DNA of 64,000 nt from a virus (Duplodnaviria; Caudoviricetes). Below the pieces are notes generated by a model. It was not told the DNA's origin. It saw nothing but the letters and a program-made list of their open reading frames with translations, and searched no databases. The stretch lies in the IMG/VR virus record IMGVR_UViG_3300025608_000015, positions 1-64,000 of that record, one strand, 5' to 3'. Made by a program: the position numbers and the translations under genes. Shown piece by piece: positions 27,293 through 37,036 of the stretch. Each line of letters starts with the position of its first letter. Positions within the stretch are counted from its first letter, which is position 1.

Positions 27293-30200
27293 ATGGCAAA
27301 GAAAAGAATTTATGATTATGTATTTCATCCAGGCATTAGTTACACAGATAACTTAAACCCTAATGCATATTACTTACTACAGCAAAATACATCATTTTTG
27401 CAGAGAGAAGTAACTGAATGGTTAACTGATCAGATAGCTCATGTTGGCACAACTTATACTCCAACAAATGCTGTGTATACACCTACAACTGGTGTAATGG
27501 AAATTACCATAGGAACACATAATCTTAGCATTGGCGATTATATAAGAATAAGTGGAAACAGTTTAGTATTTACTTGCGGACTTGACAATAACGCAACAGA
27601 ACATTCGTATCCTCGTTCTATCGGTGTTCCAAATCAAACAGGTACAGATCCTTACAGTAATAATCCTATTCGAGTTGACAGCACTACACCAACAACTATC
27701 ACAGTTAATGTAGGCATAAGCAGTAACACTAGTGTACATACCTTTGTACGTGGAAAAGCAAACAGTATTTTAGTTCCTTACACACCTACAGATGCTTCAT
27801 ATGATCCTACAACAGGATTAATGCAGTTAACTATTGGCGCACACGATTATGAGTTAGGTGATTTTGTTCGTATACAAGAAGACAGCTTAACATTTACTTG
27901 CGGATTAGACAATCACGCTACTACACATACATATCCTCGTGCTACGGGAAGCTCAGCAGGTAAAAAATATACTCCAACTAATGTAGATTATACACCTACA
28001 ACAGGTGTTATGACTATAACTATCGGCGCACATGATTTAAGTCAAGGCGACGAAATTAGAATTGCAGAAAATACTATAACTTTTAATATTAACGGTAGCG
28101 AAATTTCTTATCCAAGATCAGGGGAAGATTCAGCTTTTAATACTATTCTTACTATAACAGCCGTTACAGCAACAACTATTACAGTTAATGCAGGATCAAG
28201 CAGTGAAACTGCTACGCATACTTTTGTAGATGCTATTGCTGGGGCAATAAGAGCAGTTGATTCAGATTATGCATATAACAAACCTGTAGAAATTGTAGCA
28301 ACTAGTACAAACACAATTACAGTTGATGTTGGCATAAGTTCGAACACCAGCGAACATACATTTGTAAGCGCAGACGGCGGAAGTGTATATAGCATTTTTG
28401 CAGGATACACATTTAATGCTAGTAAATGTCAAAGAGATATAGGCTACGCAATTGAAGCATACTTGTATGATATTCGTTATGGCGGAAATACTAAGACCAT
28501 TGATAATATTAGTTTATTCTGGGACGGCGATGTATCACAAGTAGATGGGAATCGTTTAGCTGAAGTTGAAGGACACACCTTCTTAAAGAAACTAATTTTA
28601 GACTTTGTTCTAACAAACACAACATTCCCGTATGCTAGACAAACAGTTGCTACTCAGGTTGTTGACGGGACAAGGACAGCAGAAGCATCCGCTGTTTCTA
28701 AATTAGAAGTATTATTAGATGACACTACAAATATTATTGAAAACGGATTGAGTGTTGTACCTGTCCGCGAAGACACTGGAGTAAGTTATGTGAAAGTTAT
28801 GGGTAACTTTAACAATGCTGACTTCTTGTTGATGACTAATACTGATCGTGGAGAAATCATCTACAACTTTGCAAAAGCAGAACTAGGAGGATTCTTAGAA
28901 TATCACACAGAAGAAGACATTGATTTTCCTAAGTTTTTAGATACTACTGATGCAGTTACTATTATTAATCTATTTGCCGATACTACAGGGCAAGATGCAG
29001 CAGATGATATTCAAATATTTATTGACGAAAAAGAATTAAGAACAAGACCGTACGATTTCGGCACTGACGCTATTGAGCGTATGCGTGTTGCACCTCCACT
29101 ATCGATGCTTGATGCTGACTTTGAATACGGTTTACAGCCTACTAAGTGGAGTGCTATCGGAACACTAAGAGGTTATCCATCTACATATGAAGTAGTTGGT
29201 ACCGAATTAAATGTTACGAGTGCTACAACAGATGCTAGTGTAGGAACACAAGGTGTAGGTTCAAGTTTAATTACAGTCACTACAGCAGGAGCTCATACAT
29301 TAGAACCGGGGAATCCTGTTGTAATAAAAGCACTGAATCTCGGAGTTGCTGGGTCTGCTAGAGCAGAAGGAACTTTTATTGTTACAAGTGTTACAGATGC
29401 TAGTACATTCACGTATCTTGCTAAAGCAAAAGTAGGAACCTCAGCAGGCCAAGAATTAGCTACAAACTTTACTATTTTACGGAAGGCAGGATTCTATACA
29501 GGTGCAACCATAGGAAGTCCTGAATTTGATGTAGCTAGCCAAGGTAGCAGCGGTGTAATGACTGCGGCTTTGAATATCCCCGTAGGAAGTGACTTCATAC
29601 CATTTGAAGATGACGTTCCAGAAATTGGATCTCCTTTGACTGCTAACGGTATAAATCCAGGAACACAGGTTACAGCAATTACAGGAACTGGCGGTGCAGT
29701 TGTATCACCGAATGTTACAAGCGATGCTCCTGCAGGTTCTACAACAGTCCAAGTAGATAGTGTAACAGGGATTTTACCAGGTCTAGCAATTGACAGAGGC
29801 GACGGAGTTGGTATTACTGTATTAAATGTAGTAGGAAATACTGTGAATCTATCCGATGAACTTACATCAACAATTGTAGGTAATGTTGTAGATTACACCG
29901 GATTAAATGCTGCTGCAGACTTAGTAACAGGAACAGGAGCCGAATTTACAATTAGCAGAGCTGGAGGCTCGTATACATTAGATGCTATAACTCAATCTGG
30001 CGGAAGTTACGATATAGGTGAGCAAATTACAGTGGATGGATTGTTACTAGGGGGTGAAACTTCTACTAATGATGCAACTATTACAATTACAGATGTAGAT
30101 TCTTCAGGTGGGATTCTTACTGCTAGCATAGAAGGTGCAGCATTTGACGGTAATGCTTCATACACTAATGTAAATGGAGATTATCAACACGGTAACGGCT

Positions 30201-33200
30201 CTGGAGCTAGATTTAATGTCACTTGGGAAGATAATGTATATACTCTAGGCACTTCTAATCCTCTTTACACAAATGTTACAGGAACTACACAGCAAGGAAA
30301 CGGATCTGGAGTTTTATTTGATGTTACTTGGACAAGTACCCAATTTACAGATGTACAACTTTCTGGAGCAGCACATTCTGGTTATTCAGTAAATGATATT
30401 ATTAGAATATCTGGGACTAATTTAGGCGGTACTACACCAGATAACGATCTTTATGTTAAAGTTACAGGCGTAGATGGTGCTGGAGCAATAACAACATTTA
30501 CTTATGATAATTCAGGATCTCCGGATACTAGTAGATTATACGGCGGAAATGATTTTGATACTGGAACAGGAACAAATGCACAATTTGATATTACTACAAA
30601 TAATCAAAATTATCTAGTAAACATCACTACAATTGGTAGCGGTTATACCAATGGAGATATTAAAGTAATTACAGGTGATTTGTTAGGAGGAGCAACTCCT
30701 GCAAACGACGTTACTGTTACAGTATCTTCAGTTGACACAAATGGCGAAATTCTAACAGTAAATGTTTCAGGTACTGCGGTAGATGAAGAAACTAGAGAAA
30801 GTTTATCAACCTCAAATGTAGTTGGATCAGGAGCAACTTTTGATATAGAAGTTTCTGCATCATCATATAGTGCAACAGTAGTTAATGCTGGAACTAATTT
30901 TAGTGCAAACCAAACTATTTTAATTACTGGGGATCAATTAGGAGGAACCAGTCCTACTAACGATTTAACACTAACTGTTACAGCTATATCAGCAGGTGCA
31001 GAAACAACTCTATTAGGAACTATTTCTACAATAGCAGAAACAGGAACTGCTCTGCCTTCTATGACAGGGTATGTAGAAAATGATAAACTCCTAGTGCAAG
31101 GAACTACATTGCCTAACGGAGCAACACCAGATAATGATGTAGTAATAACAGTTACTGGTGTAGACGGCCAAGGTTATATTACAAATTATACATTTACAGG
31201 TACCGCTCCAGATGTTAATGTAGATTATAACGGAATAACACAAAGTACAACAACTGGCTCAGGTACTGGAGCATCATTTAACATAAACAAAGATGGCACT
31301 ACATACAATGTAACATTGTTTGGTATAGGTTCTAATTATGCAGCAAATGATACAATTACAATATCAGGAAGTGAGCTAGGCGGGGATGATCTTACAAACG
31401 ATTTAACTATTACAGTTTTAACTGTAGATACCGGAGGAGAAATTTTAACATTTTCTACTGCTGGAACAGGTGCAAATCGTGATCTAACTAGTGGACTGAA
31501 TATACAAGCTGACAATATTATAGGATCTGGCGCAACATGGAATGTTGATATTGTTAATGGTTTATACAGTGTTACTGAAGCAGCTGTAGGTATTAATTAT
31601 GGCATAGGACAGACAATTATTATTCCAGGCACGTCAGTTGGAGGGACAAGCCCTGCAAATGACATTGAAGTAACTGTAACAGCAATTGGAACCAATGGCA
31701 GCATAGCTAGTTCTACCTTTACAGGCACAGCATCCGGCGATACAGCTACATATACTAATGTATCCGGTTCCAACGTTATCATAAACGGTAGCGGAGCAAC
31801 CTTTGATGTAACTAGAGATAGCGGTTCATATACATCAGTAGTATTAGCAAATGCTGGTGTAAATTACGAAGCAGGAAATAGATTAATAATTAGCGGTGTA
31901 AATCTAGGCGGTGTAGACGGAGTCAACGATATTTTAATTGTTGTAGATAGTGTAGATTCTGCAGGAAGCATTGTTACATTTACAGATTCAGGTACAGCAG
32001 TTGCAGGCACAGCACTTGATTTTATTAGTACTGTTACACTCAGCGAATCGACTACAAGCGGAATAAATGTTGGAACAGAAATTAATTTTAGCGCACTAGC
32101 AACTATTCTAGTTACCTTTGAAAGTGCTCATGGTCTTGTGCCTGGCAGCGGATTTAATGTCGAAATTGTTTCTGATGACGGAAGTAATAATCACGATCTA
32201 GCTAACGGTCCATACATTGTTAATAGTGTTCCATCCTTAACAACACTAACATATTCGGCAAGAGCTCCAGGCTCCATCGACACTAACGATGTGATTGTTG
32301 GAAGAGTGTATCCAAAACCTGATGCGTTTTTTGTTCATAGACCGTATGACGGCGGTGTGCAACTAGGTACAGGCGGACCGCAACACGGTGCACAAGCAAT
32401 ACGTCAAAGTAAAAAGTATATTCGTTATCAATCAGGTAAAGGTATTATGTATACCACTGGTGCATTATTTGCTCCAAGCTACGATATTCTAAGTATTTCT
32501 GCAGATAATGTAGAAATAGGAAGTACTATTACAATTGTAACAGACGAAAATGATCACGGATTACAAGTCGGTGGCGAAGTTCGCATTATCGGAGTTGAAA
32601 CTCCCGGATATAACCATGATTATACAGTAACAGACATTGTTGACGAACGTACTTTCCGAGTCACTGCACAATATAGATTAGGTAGCACAGATCCTGTTAT
32701 AGGATTTGGCGCACAAGTATCAACTAGAGCGTGGAACGGCGCAACTGTACGTTCAGGTATCTTTGATGATCAAAATGGTATTTTCTGGGAATATGATGGA
32801 ACGTACCTAAGTGTTGTACAAAGAACATCTACCAAGCAATTAGCTGGAACTATAGCAGTAAACAGCGATAGTAGCTTAATTACAGGAACCAGTACACGTT
32901 TCCGAGACCAAGTGAAGGCAGGCGATAGAATTGTTATTAAAGGAATGACACATGTTATTTCAAATGTAGCTTCTCAAACTGAAATGTATGTTACTCCTGA
33001 TTTCCGTGGCGTTGTAGATGTATCGGGAGCTAAGGCATGTTTGATTACAGATAAGAAAATTCGTCAACAAGATTTTAATCTTGATAGATTAGACGGAACT
33101 GGTCCTAGCAAATATAATATTGACCCAGCTAAAATGCAGATGATTGGTATTCAATATTCATGGTACGGTGCTGGTTTTATTGACTACATGGTACGTGGTG

Positions 33201-34771
33201 CAGATGGTAACTTTGTATACGCTCATAGAATTAGAAACTCTAACGTTAATACAGAAGCGTATATGCGCTCGGGTAACTTGCCTGTACGTTATGAAGTAAC
33301 CAACGAAGGAGCCAATGATCGTTTAAGCGCAGATATGACAAGTTCACAAGACTTTATACCATTAGCTGATGCTAGTTTCTTCCCACCAACCGGCGGCACA
33401 GTTTACATTGACAACGAGTTAATATCCTTTACTGGAGTTGATGTTGCAAATAATAGACTAACAGGGTGTACAAGAGCCGCAAGTTTAACAAACTTTAATG
33501 CAGGAGCGCAAAGATCGTATACAGCAGGACCTGCAGCTAATCACTCTACTAGAACAGGTGTTGTCTTAGTAAGTAATACAATTACACCTTTGATTAGCCA
33601 TTGGGGTTCATCATTTATTACAGATGGCAACTTTGACGAGGATAGAGGATATATCTTCTCTTACACAGAACAAAGTATTCCAGTAAGTACAATTAAACAA
33701 ACAGCATTTTTATTACGTCTAGCACCTTCGGTATCTAACGCAATTACAGGTGATTTAGGCGAGAGAGAACTGTTAAACCGTGCTCAATTATTAATACAAG
33801 GTATTGAAATAACCTCTAACGGTGTTGATCCACAAAACTCTAATGCACCTATTACAGGCGGTATTGTTGTTGAAGGTGTTTTAAATCCACAAAACTATCC
33901 TATTAACCCAGCAAATATTGTATGGACAGGATTAAGTTCAGAAGCACAAGGTGGCCAGCCATCGTTTGCCCAAGTTGCAGCAGGCGGATCTGTTTTATGG
34001 TCAACAGGAGAAGCAGCTGTTCAACAAACTATTACAGCCCAAGCCGCAATACAAGGTACTGCACAAACTTCAAGTTTCCAAAATGCAAACAATGCTGACT
34101 ATTTGTATATGACTCAAACTAGTGTAAACAATCTAGGTCTTGAATCTGGAGACCTTTTAGTTTCTACAAGTGGATCAGCCAGCTTCTCGGCAAATACCAC
34201 GGTTGTGAGTGTACAAAATACTTGGGGCGGTCAAGCATTTGTAAGATTAAGTAGAAGATTCAACGGAAGAATTGGCCAAAACGAAACAATAACATTCCAG
34301 CGTGGCGGGAACTTAGTTGGACGTAACTTTATGCTTGCTACAGCTGCATCTTTAATAAGCTCGGGAGCTAGTGTAGGCACGGATGTTGTAGCAACAACCG
34401 CCGGATCATTCCCTGCAAACACAAAGATTAACACTATTTCAGAAGAATCGTTTGCAGGCACAACGTACTATAGGATTATCTTTAATAATTCTTACACTGG
34501 TACATTAACAGCTGGATCTGGTACTATAACAGTAGAGTTTGTAGAACCTCCTTATGCACAACCAGGAGAAACTGTATTCTCGTTCATTGCAACGCCAGGA
34601 GAACGTGCAGAACTTAATTTAGATACATTGAAAGAATTAACAAATACTACACTAGGTGGTAGAGGTACATTCCCGAATGGACCAGATGTTTTAGCAATCA
34701 ATGTGTATAAGACTGCTGGTGCAGATACAACGAGTAATATTATTCTTAGATGGGGCGAAGCACAGGCTTAA
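27293..34771 (+). CDS. Giant repeat-containing virion structural protein (2492 aa)
   Basis: Three YTPT..YTPTTG.M.ITIG.H repeats; one KCQRDIG helical domain; about 8 G.GA.F.V...Y...G..Y...I.I.G..LGG..P.ND..ITV..VD..G.I repeats; three HGL..G..V.I beta domains. Confidence 0.8.
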   Translation: MAKKRIYDYVFHPGISYTDNLNPNAYYLLQQNTSFLQREVTEWLTDQIAHVGTTYTPTNAVYTPTTGVMEITIGTHNLSIGDYIRISGNSLVFTCGLDNNATEHSYPRSIGVPNQTGTDPYSNNPIRVDSTTPTTITVNVGISSNTSVHTFVRGKANSILVPYTPTDASYDPTTGLMQLTIGAHDYELGDFVRIQEDSLTFTCGLDNHATTHTYPRATGSSAGKKYTPTNVDYTPTTGVMTITIGAHDLSQGDEIRIAENTITFNINGSEISYPRSGEDSAFNTILTITAVTATTITVNAGSSSETATHTFVDAIAGAIRAVDSDYAYNKPVEIVATSTNTITVDVGISSNTSEHTFVSADGGSVYSIFAGYTFNASKCQRDIGYAIEAYLYDIRYGGNTKTIDNISLFWDGDVSQVDGNRLAEVEGHTFLKKLILDFVLTNTTFPYARQTVATQVVDGTRTAEASAVSKLEVLLDDTTNIIENGLSVVPVREDTGVSYVKVMGNFNNADFLLMTNTDRGEIIYNFAKAELGGFLEYHTEEDIDFPKFLDTTDAVTIINLFADTTGQDAADDIQIFIDEKELRTRPYDFGTDAIERMRVAPPLSMLDADFEYGLQPTKWSAIGTLRGYPSTYEVVGTELNVTSATTDASVGTQGVGSSLITVTTAGAHTLEPGNPVVIKALNLGVAGSARAEGTFIVTSVTDASTFTYLAKAKVGTSAGQELATNFTILRKAGFYTGATIGSPEFDVASQGSSGVMTAALNIPVGSDFIPFEDDVPEIGSPLTANGINPGTQVTAITGTGGAVVSPNVTSDAPAGSTTVQVDSVTGILPGLAIDRGDGVGITVLNVVGNTVNLSDELTSTIVGNVVDYTGLNAAADLVTGTGAEFTISRAGGSYTLDAITQSGGSYDIGEQITVDGLLLGGETSTNDATITITDVDSSGGILTASIEGAAFDGNASYTNVNGDYQHGNGSGARFNVTWEDNVYTLGTSNPLYTNVTGTTQQGNGSGVLFDVTWTSTQFTDVQLSGAAHSGYSVNDIIRISGTNLGGTTPDNDLYVKVTGVDGAGAITTFTYDNSGSPDTSRLYGGNDFDTGTGTNAQFDITTNNQNYLVNITTIGSGYTNGDIKVITGDLLGGATPANDVTVTVSSVDTNGEILTVNVSGTAVDEETRESLSTSNVVGSGATFDIEVSASSYSATVVNAGTNFSANQTILITGDQLGGTSPTNDLTLTVTAISAGAETTLLGTISTIAETGTALPSMTGYVENDKLLVQGTTLPNGATPDNDVVITVTGVDGQGYITNYTFTGTAPDVNVDYNGITQSTTTGSGTGASFNINKDGTTYNVTLFGIGSNYAANDTITISGSELGGDDLTNDLTITVLTVDTGGEILTFSTAGTGANRDLTSGLNIQADNIIGSGATWNVDIVNGLYSVTEAAVGINYGIGQTIIIPGTSVGGTSPANDIEVTVTAIGTNGSIASSTFTGTASGDTATYTNVSGSNVIINGSGATFDVTRDSGSYTSVVLANAGVNYEAGNRLIISGVNLGGVDGVNDILIVVDSVDSAGSIVTFTDSGTAVAGTALDFISTVTLSESTTSGINVGTEINFSALATILVTFESAHGLVPGSGFNVEIVSDDGSNNHDLANGPYIVNSVPSLTTLTYSARAPGSIDTNDVIVGRVYPKPDAFFVHRPYDGGVQLGTGGPQHGAQAIRQSKKYIRYQSGKGIMYTTGALFAPSYDILSISADNVEIGSTITIVTDENDHGLQVGGEVRIIGVETPGYNHDYTVTDIVDERTFRVTAQYRLGSTDPVIGFGAQVSTRAWNGATVRSGIFDDQNGIFWEYDGTYLSVVQRTSTKQLAGTIAVNSDSSLITGTSTRFRDQVKAGDRIVIKGMTHVISNVASQTEMYVTPDFRGVVDVSGAKACLITDKKIRQQDFNLDRLDGTGPSKYNIDPAKMQMIGIQYSWYGAGFIDYMVRGADGNFVYAHRIRNSNVNTEAYMRSGNLPVRYEVTNEGANDRLSADMTSSQDFIPLADASFFPPTGGTVYIDNELISFTGVDVANNRLTGCTRAASLTNFNAGAQRSYTAGPAANHSTRTGVVLVSNTITPLISHWGSSFITDGNFDEDRGYIFSYTEQSIPVSTIKQTAFLLRLAPSVSNAITGDLGERELLNRAQLLIQGIEITSNGVDPQNSNAPITGGIVVEGVLNPQNYPINPANIVWTGLSSEAQGGQPSFAQVAAGGSVLWSTGEAAVQQTITAQAAIQGTAQTSSFQNANNADYLYMTQTSVNNLGLESGDLLVSTSGSASFSANTTVVSVQNTWGGQAFVRLSRRFNGRIGQNETITFQRGGNLVGRNFMLATAASLISSGASVGTDVVATTAGSFPANTKINTISEESFAGTTYYRIIFNNSYTGTLTAGSGTITVEFVEPPYAQPGETVFSFIATPGERAELNLDTLKELTNTTLGGRGTFPNGPDVLAINVYKTAGADTTSNIILRWGEAQA

Positions 34772-35382
34772 CTCAAACTATCAACAAAGGAACTAAGATC
34801 ATCAAATATGATGGTCTTTTTCTTTAATTCTCGATAGGTAAATTTTTTAAGTTCTTTTTCTGTTTCTAATCCGTGCCCTGTCCTAACAAGCACAGGTCGA
34901 GCTCCGATTTTAGCCGCAGCTTTTAGATCTGTAATTTTATCGCCTACATAATAGCCGCGAGAAAATTTTATATAAGGCATTTCTTTTTCGCAACGTTTAA
35001 ACATACCTACATTAGGTTTTGCCCACATATCATCTTTGCGTGAACTTGCAGAAAAATATATGCCATTAATAGCAGCACATCCTGCTTTACCAAATAGGTC
35101 TAGCATATGATAGTTTACTGCTTCAACTTGTTCTTGAGTGCAGATTCCTTTTTCGATACACCCTTGATTGGTAATAATAGCAATCTTATGTCCTAATTTT
35201 CTTAGTTTTGCAACTGCTTCTATGCTCCCTGGAATAGGTTTAAAGTCTTCTGGTTTATAACAATATCCTTCCACGTTTTCATTAATAACACCGTCACGGT
35301 CTAATCCTACTACACATTTAGGAGGAATCCAATTAGGATCTTTATAATTTAGATCGTCCCCACTCCAGATAATGTCAACCAT
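34768..35382 (-). CDS. gmhB: D,D-heptose 1,7-bisphosphate phosphatase (HAD IIIA)
   Basis: LDRDGVIN, ITNQG, KPNVGMF, VGDKITDLKAA...VLVRTGHG. Confidence 0.85.
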   Translation of the reverse strand: MVDIIWSGDDLNYKDPNWIPPKCVVGLDRDGVINENVEGYCYKPEDFKPIPGSIEAVAKLRKLGHKIAIITNQGCIEKGICTQEQVEAVNYHMLDLFGKAGCAAINGIYFSASSRKDDMWAKPNVGMFKRCEKEMPYIKFSRGYYVGDKITDLKAAAKIGARPVLVRTGHGLETEKELKKFTYRELKKKTIIFDDLSSFVDSLS

Positions 35383-35764
35383 CTTTAGCCTCTATTTGTG
35401 TATCGCCTTGACTAATTCTGTAAATGTCCTCTACACTATCAGGAGTACTAACTTCTGTGATACTAGAATTATCTTCTAATGCTTCTAATTGATGGGGAAC
35501 TAAACATGGTGTATGCCAAGCATCACCTTCTTTTAATTCTTTAGTAATCAAAGTAGCAGATTTAGTTTCAATAGTTCTAAGTAAAAAACTACCAGAATTA
35601 ATAAACCAAGTCTTGTCCTTTTCTTTATGAAAATTCATGCTGGTTTTTGCACCAGCTTTTTCGAAAACTATAATTTTACCGCAGTATAAGTCGTTGGTTG
35701 CAAAAATTAATTCATACCCCCATCCTTTTTTTACTGCTCCTGATAATCTAGTTGGGTTATCCAT
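35375..35764 (-). CDS. Cupin-fold protein (sugar isomerase/epimerase-like)
   Basis: V.KGWG.E....NDLYCGK...S(MNFH)KEKDKTW..NSG and W.TP...PHQLEAL...I.EVST cupin motifs. Confidence 0.7.
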   Translation of the reverse strand: MDNPTRLSGAVKKGWGYELIFATNDLYCGKIIVFEKAGAKTSMNFHKEKDKTWFINSGSFLLRTIETKSATLITKELKEGDAWHTPCLVPHQLEALEDNSSITEVSTPDSVEDIYRISQGDTQIEAKDG

Positions 35765-36581
35765 TTTTATCTATCCATTCAAAAACTGTTGTAAATTTAT
35801 AATCACCTATTTCTGCTAAAAGAAGTTGATTGTTGCTTTTTGTAAAACGTTGATATTGCTTTTCTAATTCTTTTGGCATAGGTATTTCTTGTACACTACT
35901 ATTATACTGTCTAGCAATGTATTCAGCAACCTTTTTAAATGAAATAGCAGTTCCTGTACCTAAGTTATAAATGCCGTTTACATCTTTAAACAAAAACTGT
36001 GACATAATATTACATACATCTTCTACACAAATAAAATCTCTTAAATAATTTTCACTATTTTCAAAAATTTGAATATTTTGTGTAGTCCTTGCTTGATTTT
36101 TAAATTTATGAAAAACACTGGCCATTTTGCCTTTGTGATCCTCGTAATTCCCATAAACATTAAAAAATCTAAATCCTTGTACATTAATTGTAAATCCATC
36201 AATATGCTCGTTTACAAATTTGTCAAATAGATACTTGCTCCATGCATATGGATTCATAGGATAATGTGGTCCTTCTTCATTAAATGTAGTTAAATCCCCG
36301 TATACACTTGCACTAGAAGCATATTGAAAGTTTGTTCCTACCATATCACAAACTTGTAATAATCTTAGACTAAAATCTAAATTTTGTTCTAAAACTTGAT
36401 CTACGTCTCTACATGTTGTATCTGTGATAGCACCTAAATGTACAACCCAGTCATAATTAGCTGGATCAGGAACAGTGTTTGGAATATATTCCCATCCTTC
36501 TACATCGTGTCCTTGATTCATTAAATGCAGACACATATTTTTTCCGATAAATCCTTGATGTCCGGTTACTAAAATACGCAT
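35757..36581 (-). CDS. hldD: ADP-L-glycero-D-manno-heptose 6-epimerase-like extended SDR
   Basis: ILVTGHQGFIG, YASSASVYG, PMNPYAWSK (YxxxK), FRFFNVYG..EDHKGKMASV, RDFICVEDV, YNLGTG, YQRFT match RfaD/HldD. Confidence 0.85.
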   Translation of the reverse strand: MRILVTGHQGFIGKNMCLHLMNQGHDVEGWEYIPNTVPDPANYDWVVHLGAITDTTCRDVDQVLEQNLDFSLRLLQVCDMVGTNFQYASSASVYGDLTTFNEEGPHYPMNPYAWSKYLFDKFVNEHIDGFTINVQGFRFFNVYGNYEDHKGKMASVFHKFKNQARTTQNIQIFENSENYLRDFICVEDVCNIMSQFLFKDVNGIYNLGTGTAISFKKVAEYIARQYNSSVQEIPMPKELEKQYQRFTKSNNQLLLAEIGDYKFTTVFEWIDKNG

Positions 36582-36591
36582 GATATCCTTT

Positions 36592-37029
36592 CTATTGAGT
36601 TAAATCAATTACGTGAAATACAGTTTCTAATTTTGAAATGTTAGTTTTATTTGTTAACGTGTTACGTAGACCTTGGTGCAATGGTTTTGGCCATTTTCCA
36701 AATGTGACCCATGCATATCCATCATGCTCTTCGTTAAGTGTAGGAATAAATTCATCTTTTACTAAGCATAGATATGTATGGAAAAGAAATCTAGAATCTT
36801 GACTTACAAATGTTTCTAATGGTATAACTTTTGTAATTGTATGATCCGTACCAATTTCTTCAGTTATTTCTCTTTTTAATCCTTCCCAGGGAGTTTCTGC
36901 TTCTTCGTTTGTTCCGCCAACAAGACCCCAAAGGTTGTTACTTTTGCCTTGGGTTCGATGCAAAAATAAGAAGCGTTTTGTAGAAAGGCTGTAAAACAGC
37001 GCACCACTGCATACGATTTTGTCTGTCAT
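36592..37029 (-). CDS. Nudix hydrolase
   Basis: Nudix box GGTNEEAETPWEGLKREITEEIG. Confidence 0.9.
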   Translation of the reverse strand: MTDKIVCSGALFYSLSTKRFLFLHRTQGKSNNLWGLVGGTNEEAETPWEGLKREITEEIGTDHTITKVIPLETFVSQDSRFLFHTYLCLVKDEFIPTLNEEHDGYAWVTFGKWPKPLHQGLRNTLTNKTNISKLETVFHVIDLTQ

Positions 37030-37036
37030 GCAGTAC

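Noticed and set aside
34768-36581. Heptose genes as host-derived contamination or a chromosomal LPS locus
   Set aside because: They overlap phage genes directly, share the operon with gp14/gp15 and are shorter than typical host versions.
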